DNA of 64,000 bases from Pseudomonadota bacterium (GTDB lineage Bacteria > Pseudomonadota > Alphaproteobacteria > Caulobacterales > Parvularculaceae). Below, piece by piece: positions 56,506 to 64,000 of this stretch. Numbering within the stretch: position 1 is the first letter of the stretch; each line of letters opens with the position of its first letter. A program made the translations under genes and the position numbers. A model generated the notes under the pieces. That model was not told the origin of the DNA, made no database searches, and was given only the letters and a program-made list of their open reading frames with translations. The stretch spans positions 23,563-87,562 of the forward strand of contig JBMOOR010000157.1 of assembly GCA_049324555.1 (NCBI GenBank), written 5' to 3'.

Positions 56506-57985
56506 CCGACCACTCCCGACCGTCGCGGTCGAGCATCATTGCGGACTGAACCGGCCCATCTGTGCCCGCCGCATAAGGATAGGCGGGCGTTCTGTCCGCA
56601 GCCCACGCATCAAGGATGCCGTCGACCCAGCGCCACGCCGCCTCGACCTCATCGCGCCGCATGAAAAGCGCAAGATCGCCGCGCACGACCGCCATCAGGA
56701 GCCGTTCATAGGCATCCGGATAACGCGCCGAAAACGCGTTGGCGTAGGAAAGGTTGAGCGGCACGTATCTGAGGCGCATCCCGCCGGGCCCCGGCTCCTT
56801 GGTCATCAGCATCAGCCGCATGCCTTCGTCGGGTTGCAAGCGTATGACGAGGCGCGCGGGTTGCAACTCGTCTCGTCCGGTATGGATCAGCGGATGCGCG
56901 ACGTCCTTGAAGCGGACGATAATCTCCGATCGGCGCGCGGACATGCGCTTGCCGGTGCGCAGATAGAACGGCGTTCCGCGCCAACGCCAATTGTCGATAT
57001 TGGCCTTGATGGCCACAAAGGTCTCAGTCGCCGACGGCATTCCCAATTCCTCGGCGTAAGCGGGCGCGACTTCGCCTCCGCTGGCGCCGGCGCCGTATTG
57101 TCCGCGAACAGTCATCTGGCGGACGGTGTCGGCTGTTATAGGGCGAAGCGCGCGCAGCACCTTGATCTTTTCATCGCGCACCGTGTCCGGCTCGAGATCG
57201 AGCGGCGGCTCCATCGCAACGAGACACAAGAGCTGCAACAAGTGATTCTGCACCATATCGCGCAGCGCGCCCGCCTTGTCGTAATAGCTGGCGCGGCCGC
57301 CGGCGCCGATCGACTCGGCGACGGTGATCTCGACATGATCGATGACGTTCGCGTTCCAGACCGGCTCGAATAGCGAATTCATGAACCGCAGGACGATGAG
57401 ATTCTGCACTGTCTCCTTGCCGAGATAGTGATCGATCCGGAAGATCGATCCCTCGTCAAATACGGCGCCAACCGCTTCGTTGACTTCACGCGCGCTTTTC
57501 AAATCGTTGCCGATCGGCTTTTCGAGCACAATGCGGGCGCCCGGAATATTGAGCCCGGACCTCGCGATATTGCGCGATACGTCGCCATAGAGCGATGGCG
57601 GCAAAGCGAGGTAAAACACCCGCTGCTTGCCGGCCGGATCGCCGAGCTTGTCAGCCAGCGTCGCCCAATTCGATTCGGCGCTTGCTCCGTCGAGCTCCAC
57701 ATAGAAAAGCTGTCGAGCAAAGCGCGCCCACTCTTCGTCGGCGATCTTTTCGCTCGCATGGAACTTGCGAAAACTCTCGAGAGCTAACGCCCGAAACGCC
57801 TCATCATCCATTTCGGTCCGCGAAACGCCGACAATTTTTGAGCGCTCCGGGATCTGCAGGTCTCGCCAGCGATGGAACAGGGAGGGTATCAGCTTTCTTA
57901 AAGAAAGATCGCCAGCAGCGCCAAATACGACGATATCGAACGGAGCCACGGGCAGAAGTTGAGGAGACGAACTCGCTTCGATCAT
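56495..57985 (-). CDS. zwf: Glucose-6-phosphate dehydrogenase
   Basis: GAAGDL, EKPIG, FRIDHYLGKE, DMVQNHL, YLRTGKR. Confidence 0.97.
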   Translation of the reverse strand: MIEASSSPQLLPVAPFDIVVFGAAGDLSLRKLIPSLFHRWRDLQIPERSKIVGVSRTEMDDEAFRALALESFRKFHASEKIADEEWARFARQLFYVELDGASAESNWATLADKLGDPAGKQRVFYLALPPSLYGDVSRNIARSGLNIPGARIVLEKPIGNDLKSAREVNEAVGAVFDEGSIFRIDHYLGKETVQNLIVLRFMNSLFEPVWNANVIDHVEITVAESIGAGGRASYYDKAGALRDMVQNHLLQLLCLVAMEPPLDLEPDTVRDEKIKVLRALRPITADTVRQMTVRGQYGAGASGGEVAPAYAEELGMPSATETFVAIKANIDNWRWRGTPFYLRTGKRMSARRSEIIVRFKDVAHPLIHTGRDELQPARLVIRLQPDEGMRLMLMTKEPGPGGMRLRYVPLNLSYANAFSARYPDAYERLLMAVVRGDLALFMRRDEVEAAWRWVDGILDAWAADRTPAYPYAAGTDGPVQSAMMLDRDGREWSDGL

Positions 57986-58025
57986 GATACCCTTCAATCG
58001 CGGCTGTTACGCAGCCGCGCACTGA

Positions 58026-59588
58026 TTACCAGTAAATGCCGTAAAGGAAAATCAGGATGGCGGCGACGACAGCCGAGGCGATGTTGAACCCTGCGCCAGT
58101 CCTGAACGAGATGCCCTTGAGATCGACCGCCCGGCCTTCTCCCGGCGGCGCCTGAAGGTAGGAGAGCGCAACGCCCGCCGCGAGACACGCGAGGAAGACG
58201 ACGCCGACCCGATCCATGAATGGCATCTCCGGCAAATACGCCTTGAAGCCGAGAGACATCGCGAACGATCCGATCACCGCTGCAATAGCGCCGAGTTCGG
58301 TCGCGCGCGGCCAGAACATGCCGAGGACAAAAATCGCGACAATGCCGGGCGTAAAGAAGCCAGTGTATTCCTGAATTATCTGAAAGACCTGATCGGCGCC
58401 GGCGAGCAGCGGTCTCGCCGCGAAGAGGGCGATCAGCAACGAGACAAAGCTTGTGATCCGCCCGACGCCGACCAGCTGGCGTTCGGTTTTCCCGGCGCCA
58501 AGGATCGGCCTGTAGAGATCCATCGTGAAGATCGTCGAGATCGAGTTCATCATGGACCCGAGCGAGGAGACGATAGCCGCAATGAGCGCCGCGAAGATCA
58601 CGCCCTTTGCTCCGGCGGGAACGAGCTTCATCATTTCAGGATAGGCCTGATCCGGCTTGGCGAGGTCAGGCGCCAGCGCAACCGCCGCAATGCCCGGAAC
58701 CACAATGATGAACGGCATGATGACTTTCAGAAACGCAGCGAAGATGATTCCCTTCTGCGCCTCCCGAATGTCCTTGGCGCCGAGCGCGCGCTGGATGATG
58801 TACTGGTTGAAACCCCAATAGGAGAAGTGCATCACCCACATTCCGCCGAGAATGACGCTGAGCCCCGGCAGGTTCTTGTACTGCGGATTGTCCCGCGACA
58901 GGATCATGTCGAACCGCTCAGGAAAGTCGTTCGCGAGGCGGAGGAATCCGGCCATGGGATTTCCATCGCCGACTTGCGACAGCGTAATGTGCGTAATCAG
59001 CACGCCGCCAATGATCAGCATGATCACCTGAATGATGTCGGTCAGCGCTACAGCCTTCAGGCCGCCGTAAAGAGAATAGGCGGCGGCGAACATCGCCAAC
59101 AAGACCATCCCGACCATCATGTCGGCGCCGGTCAGCGTCGAGATCGCCGTCGCGCCGAGCCACAGCACGGTCGTCAGGTTCACGAAAACATAGATGCCGA
59201 GCCAAAAAACGGACATCACATATTTGACGCCGGTTCCAAACCGCTGCTCGAGAAATTGCGGCATCGTGTAGATGCCGCGCTTCAGAAAGATCGGCAGGAA
59301 GAATTTGCCGACGACGATGAGCGTAATCGCCGCCAGCCACTCATAGGAAGCAATCGCAAGGCCGATCGCATACCCCGACCCCGACATGCCGATGACCTGT
59401 TCAGCCGAAATGTTCGCCGCAATCAGCGAGGCGCCGATCGCCCACCAGGGGAGCGCCTTGCTCGCGAGGAAGTAATCGGCGGTGTCTTTCTTGTGGCCGC
59501 CCTTTTCCTGCGAGACCAAGGTCCCGACGGCCACAAGCCCGAGCGCATAGGCGATGACGATGACGATATCGATTGATTCCAGCGACAT
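58026..59588 (-). CDS. Sodium/sugar symporter (SSS/SGLT)
   Basis: DYFLASKALPWWAIGASLIAANISAEQ, YWGFNQYIIQRAL. Confidence 0.93.
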   Translation of the reverse strand: MSLESIDIVIVIAYALGLVAVGTLVSQEKGGHKKDTADYFLASKALPWWAIGASLIAANISAEQVIGMSGSGYAIGLAIASYEWLAAITLIVVGKFFLPIFLKRGIYTMPQFLEQRFGTGVKYVMSVFWLGIYVFVNLTTVLWLGATAISTLTGADMMVGMVLLAMFAAAYSLYGGLKAVALTDIIQVIMLIIGGVLITHITLSQVGDGNPMAGFLRLANDFPERFDMILSRDNPQYKNLPGLSVILGGMWVMHFSYWGFNQYIIQRALGAKDIREAQKGIIFAAFLKVIMPFIIVVPGIAAVALAPDLAKPDQAYPEMMKLVPAGAKGVIFAALIAAIVSSLGSMMNSISTIFTMDLYRPILGAGKTERQLVGVGRITSFVSLLIALFAARPLLAGADQVFQIIQEYTGFFTPGIVAIFVLGMFWPRATELGAIAAVIGSFAMSLGFKAYLPEMPFMDRVGVVFLACLAAGVALSYLQAPPGEGRAVDLKGISFRTGAGFNIASAVVAAILIFLYGIYW

Positions 59589-59595
59589 GATGCCC

Positions 59596-61680
59596 CTATT
59601 CGGCTATTGCATGCAGACGAACGGCCGCGCCGCCGCCCGGCGCAAGGCGGAACTTCAACGTATCGGCGCGAGTGACGTTGCGTTTTTCTATCACGATGTC
59701 ATAGGGATTGGTTTTCCAGTCCGCCTTCTTTCCGTCCCGATAAATTTCAGCGACATATTTCTTTTCACCATCAAGAAAATCGAGCGAAATCGAGATCTCG
59801 CGCGCGCTTTCATCGGTGATTGATCCGACGAACCAGTCATCGCCGCCGCGCGCCTTTCGCGCCAAGGTGACAAAGTCGCCAACCTCGCCATTAACGCCGA
59901 TGCTTTCTTCCCAATCTGTCGGCACGTCCTCGATGAACTGAAACGCGTCGAGGCGCTTCTCGTAATTCTCGGGGAGGTCGGCCGCCATCTGGATCGGCGA
60001 GTAAAGGACCACATAAAGCGCGAGCTGCTTGGCGAGCGTCGTCTGCACCCGGCTCGCCGGATCGGAACGCTGCATATCCTCGCGGACCGGCGCGCGCTTG
60101 TTCGGCTCAAGATCGAAAATGCCCGGCGTGAAATCCATCGGCCCCGCCAGCATGCGCGTGAAGGCGAGCATCGCCTCATGCTCCGGCGGATTGGGCGGCT
60201 GCCCCCATGCGTTGTATTCCTGGCCGCGCGCGCCTTCCCGCGCGATCCAGTTCGGATAAGTGCGCCTGAGGCCGGTATCCTTGATCGGTTCATGCGGATT
60301 TATCGCGATTTTGTGACGCGCTGCGGCTTTGACGACATTCAGATGGTGATTGGCCATGAACTGGCCGTCATGCCACTCGAAGCGCTCGATTCCATCCCTG
60401 TCGATGCGCTGAATGAGGCCGCCATCGGCGACATATCCCGTTTTCACGACTCGGACGCCGTTGGCCTCATAAAGCTTGAAGGCGTCTTCCATCTGTTTTT
60501 CGTAATGGCTGGCGGCGCCGCCGGTCTCATGGTGGCCGATGATGCGGACGCCTTTCTCTTGCGCGTAGGCGGCGAGCGCCGGCAGATCGAAATCCGGATA
60601 TGCTTTGGCGAAGTCGAACACCTTGCCGTCGCCGAACCAGTTTTCGTCCCAGCCGACATTCCATCCCTCCACCAGGACGCCCTTGAATCCGTATTTCGCT
60701 GCGAAATCGATGTATCGCTTCACATTCTCCGTCGTCGCGCCATGCAGCGGCTGCACGCCCCAGCTCGAGTCGTTGATGTGCATCTCCCACCACACGCCGA
60801 CATACTTTGCGGGCTCGAACCACGAAACGTCGCCAAGTTTGTTCGGCTCGTTGAGATTGAGGACGAGGCTCGAATTGAGAAGGCCTTTCGCGTCGGGCGA
60901 AATCTGGATCGTGCGCCATGGGCTAACGAACGGCGCGCTCACCTTGACAAGTTCGCCGTCCGACCACGGCGCAAGGTCCGCCTTGAACCGGCCTGGCCGA
61001 TTCACTCTGAGGGACATCGACGCATAGTCGACGAGCCCGGCTTCGTGAACGCTGAGATGAACTCCCGACGGCGTTCGCAGCGTCATCGGCGTATGCGCCG
61101 TGAAGTCCTCCGAGGCGCTCGTTTTGCGATACAGTTTTTCGTAGCGGTTCCAGTAGCGCGCCGGAATCCACCAGACGTCAGACCGCTCATCGAATGTGAA
61201 TTCCGTCAGTTCGTCGACGATCGCATCCGATTTGAGACCCTTCTGACGCGCAAATTCATAACGAAACCCGACGCCGTCATCGAACGCCCGGAGGCGCACG
61301 CCAAGCCTCCGCTCAGGCCCCTTTGTCGATGCGAATTCGACAAAGAGTTCGTTGTACTTGTTGCGGACGAGACGCCGCTCTCCCCAAGGCTGCTCCCACG
61401 TCTCGTCGTGAGCAGCGGTCGCGGTCGCCGCGATCTTCAGATCAGCATCAAAACCGGCGACCCCGCTGAACCGCATCCCGAGACGAGACGGCGCGATCAC
61501 CTGCTCGCCGCGAAAGGCGACCGAATAGGTCGCGCGCCCGTCGATATCGTCCACAATAATGACGATCTCCGAATTCGGCGAAGCAACCTCAACCGCCGCC
61601 TTCGCACTCTCGACAGACAGTAGCGTCAGGGCGATCAGCGTCGCGCTGAGGCGCGCAAGAGTTTTTAGCGTCGTCATCAT
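59596..61680 (-). CDS. GH97 alpha-glucosidase (SusB-like), exported
   Basis: YVGVWWEMH, VLVEGWN, GHHETGG, VKTGYV, HEPIK, EGARGQEY, GPMDFTPG. Confidence 0.93.
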   Translation of the reverse strand: MMTTLKTLARLSATLIALTLLSVESAKAAVEVASPNSEIVIIVDDIDGRATYSVAFRGEQVIAPSRLGMRFSGVAGFDADLKIAATATAAHDETWEQPWGERRLVRNKYNELFVEFASTKGPERRLGVRLRAFDDGVGFRYEFARQKGLKSDAIVDELTEFTFDERSDVWWIPARYWNRYEKLYRKTSASEDFTAHTPMTLRTPSGVHLSVHEAGLVDYASMSLRVNRPGRFKADLAPWSDGELVKVSAPFVSPWRTIQISPDAKGLLNSSLVLNLNEPNKLGDVSWFEPAKYVGVWWEMHINDSSWGVQPLHGATTENVKRYIDFAAKYGFKGVLVEGWNVGWDENWFGDGKVFDFAKAYPDFDLPALAAYAQEKGVRIIGHHETGGAASHYEKQMEDAFKLYEANGVRVVKTGYVADGGLIQRIDRDGIERFEWHDGQFMANHHLNVVKAAARHKIAINPHEPIKDTGLRRTYPNWIAREGARGQEYNAWGQPPNPPEHEAMLAFTRMLAGPMDFTPGIFDLEPNKRAPVREDMQRSDPASRVQTTLAKQLALYVVLYSPIQMAADLPENYEKRLDAFQFIEDVPTDWEESIGVNGEVGDFVTLARKARGGDDWFVGSITDESAREISISLDFLDGEKKYVAEIYRDGKKADWKTNPYDIVIEKRNVTRADTLKFRLAPGGGAAVRLHAIAE

Positions 61681-61944
61681 GAGTTGCGCCTTATCTGATT
61701 TTTCTGCGGGAACGCAATTCGCTTTCAGCGCGAACGCGCTTGTGAAGCGCCCGGCCTCTTCCAACGCTCGGCGGCCTGCAGCGGAAAACACCCTAGTTTG
61801 GAATGTAAATTCCTGCAACTTTTAGAAATGATCAGCATTCGTCGTTTTGCGCTGCAGCATCGAATTGCGGCTCCTTGCGAGGCTATGAGCTTGGTTTTGC
61901 GAAAATTTCCTGCAATGTCAATTTGCATAACTTTTTCCGGATCT

Positions 61945-61962
61945 ATTGCAGTCGGCTGTAAT
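61945..61962. promoter_or_regulatory. Possible LacI-type operator in the divergent GH97/GH13 promoter
   Basis: ATTGCAGT-CG-GCTGTAAT, imperfect palindrome with central CG. Confidence 0.4.
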
Positions 61963-62019
61963 TTTTTGCATTCGCAGTCGATTATGCTAATTTGGCGCAG
62001 ATGCACTACGGAGGGCGCA

Positions 62020-63444
62020 GTGGGCAGAAAAAAACTCGCAATTTTAGCGCTGATCGCAACCGCGGCCTGTTCACGAAGCGCTCCGCAAAACGTCCATCGG
62101 GATGTTGCGGACACCTCGCACGCAACGATGGCGGAGGCTTCCGCCAAGCCCTATGAACCGGCGCCCTATGTCAAGCTGACGCACGCAGATTGGACGCGCA
62201 ACGCCGTCCTTTACCAGCTCAATACCCGTCAGTTTACGGACGAAGGGACATTTTCCGCCGCAGAGGGCGAATTGCCGCGGCTAAAGAAACTTGGCGCAGA
62301 CATCATCTGGCTGATGCCGATCCATCCGATCGGCGAGAAGAATCGCAAAGGCTCCCTCGGAAGCCCCTATTCCGTGAAGGATTATTATGGCGTCAATCCG
62401 GAATTCGGAACGCTCGACGATCTCAAGTCCTTTGTCGAAACGGCGCATTCGCTCGGCATGCATGTCATCCTCGACTGGGTCGCGAACCATACGTCATGGG
62501 ACAATGCGCTCGTCGCCGAACACCCGGATTGGTACGAGCGCAACTGGAAAGGCGAATTTCATCCGACGCCGTGGTGGGACTGGTCCGACATCATCGACCT
62601 CGACTACGCCCACCCCGGCGTTCGGGAATACATGACAAACGCCATGAATTATTGGGTCAAGGAAGCCGGCGTCGATGGGTTCCGGTGCGATGTCGCCGGC
62701 TATGTTCCGCTTGATTTCTGGGAAAACGCGCGCCGCGAACTCGACGAGATCAAGCCGGTCTTCATGCTTGCCGAATTCGAGCAGCGCGACGTTCATGCGC
62801 GCGCCTTCGACGCGACCTACGCGTGGGGGCTCTCAAACGCCATTCAGGCGATTGCAAAAGGCAAGGCGGATGTCGGCGCGTTGTTCGGCTTTTACTCCGA
62901 AAACGAGAGCGCGTGGCCCAAGGACGCCTATCGCATGGCCTTTACGAGCAACCATGACTACAATTCGTGGCATGGGACGGACCGGGATCTTTATCGCGAC
63001 GCGCTCGGGGCGGCGATTGTCCTGACCTTCGTCGGCGAAGGCGTTCCGCTCATTTATAATGGGCAGGAGGCTGGAAATGAGCGGCGGCTCGCATTTTTCG
63101 AAAAAGATCCGATCGAATGGCGTGATCATCCGAACAGGGAGCTTCTGACGAAACTGTCGGCGCTCAAGCACGAAACAAAAGCGTTGTGGAATGGCGCCGC
63201 CGGTGCGCAAATGGTTTCCGTCGTCAATTCCGCGCCGATGAAAGTGCTGAGCTTCGTTCGCTTCGGCGAGGAAGACGGCGTCTTCGCCGTCATCAACTTC
63301 ACCGCCGAAGAACAGACGATCGCTTTCAGGGAAGCGCTGCACCATGGCGATTATGTCGACTATTTTTCGGGCGAGCCCGCGAAATTCGACGCAACGAGCG
63401 AATTGACGCTCGCTCCATGGAGCTACCGCGTCTATTTGAAATGA
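62020..63444 (+). CDS. GH13 alpha-amylase family lipoprotein
   Basis: GTG start after GGAGGG; lipobox TAAC; DWVANH, GFRCDVA, LAEF, SNHD. Confidence 0.92.
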   Translation: MGRKKLAILALIATAACSRSAPQNVHRDVADTSHATMAEASAKPYEPAPYVKLTHADWTRNAVLYQLNTRQFTDEGTFSAAEGELPRLKKLGADIIWLMPIHPIGEKNRKGSLGSPYSVKDYYGVNPEFGTLDDLKSFVETAHSLGMHVILDWVANHTSWDNALVAEHPDWYERNWKGEFHPTPWWDWSDIIDLDYAHPGVREYMTNAMNYWVKEAGVDGFRCDVAGYVPLDFWENARRELDEIKPVFMLAEFEQRDVHARAFDATYAWGLSNAIQAIAKGKADVGALFGFYSENESAWPKDAYRMAFTSNHDYNSWHGTDRDLYRDALGAAIVLTFVGEGVPLIYNGQEAGNERRLAFFEKDPIEWRDHPNRELLTKLSALKHETKALWNGAAGAQMVSVVNSAPMKVLSFVRFGEEDGVFAVINFTAEEQTIAFREALHHGDYVDYFSGEPAKFDATSELTLAPWSYRVYLK

Positions 63445-63469
63445 TCGAAGCGGCGCAGGGAAAGGCGTG

Positions 63470-64000
63470 ATGATGAAGACCGCTCAGCGCGAGGAGAATG
63501 ACAGGAAAATCCGACGCATCGTCATCGCTGGCGGCGGCTCTGCAGGGTGGATGACCGCGGCCGCGCTCGCCAACGCGCTTCAAGGCGGCGCGCAGATCGA
63601 TCTTATCGAGTCCGACGAGATTGGAATTGTCGGCGTCGGCGAGGCGACGATCCCGCCGATCAAGATCTTCAACCAATCGCTTGGGCTCGACGAAAACGCA
63701 TTCCTCTCCGCGACGCGAGGAACGATGAAGCTCGGCATCGAGTTCGTCAATTGGACGCGCCTCGGCAATCGGTATTTTCATCCCTTCGGCCAGTTCGGCG
63801 CAGATTTCGACGTCGTGACGCTGCATCATTATTGGGTGAAATTGAGGAAACTCGGCGACCAAACGCCATTTGAGGAATATTCAATGGCGTGGGCTGCGGC
63901 AAAGCGTGCGCGTTTCGACAGACCCGCGCAGGATCGCCGGCGCATTCAGTCGACATTCGACTACGCCTACCATTTCGACGCCTCGCTCTATGCGCGATAT
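63470..64000 (+). CDS. Tryptophan halogenase-family flavin-dependent protein (3' truncated)
   Basis: Manually read frame (absent from ORF track): [48 protein letters not shown]. Confidence 0.9.
   Translation, partial: MMKTAQREENDRKIRRIVIAGGGSAGWMTAAALANALQGGAQIDLIESDEIGIVGVGEATIPPIKIFNQSLGLDENAFLSATRGTMKLGIEFVNWTRLGNRYFHPFGQFGADFDVVTLHHYWVKLRKLGDQTPFEEYSMAWAAAKRARFDRPAQDRRRIQSTFDYAYHFDASLYARY

Overview
GC-rich alphaproteobacterial DNA in two parts. (1) About 1-45,780 is the right-hand ~46 kb of a Tn4371/ICEMlSym-like integrative conjugative element (ICE); its left end lies before the window. It carries a yeeABC-like MTase-helicase-GIY-YIG defence locus, a leading region (ParB-like, DUF736, DUF932) with structured, repeated ~290-bp leaders, and an IS1182. 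It also has an FseA(+1 frameshift)-QseM-QseC-RdfS type transfer switch, a candidate oriT and a VirD2-like relaxase. Two tandem detox cargo modules each end in a LysR gene. They are followed by traG-trbBCDEJKLFGI, a DUF1778/GNAT toxin-antitoxin pair split by a HEPN-like gene, and a large serine recombinase whose last codons and stop are read from the antisense of the target tRNA-Arg(CCG). (2) About 45,780-64,000 is host chromosome: TraB/GumN, asd, rarD, hydrolases, the Entner-Doudoroff operon, and an alpha-glucan locus (SGLT, GH97, GH13, halogenase-family gene). The most novel-looking signals are the covarying repeated leaders with a variable apical loop, the cargo modules stacked via a duplicated relaxase tail, and the three-gene TA operon coupled to the integrase. 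No CRISPR array or rRNA was seen.
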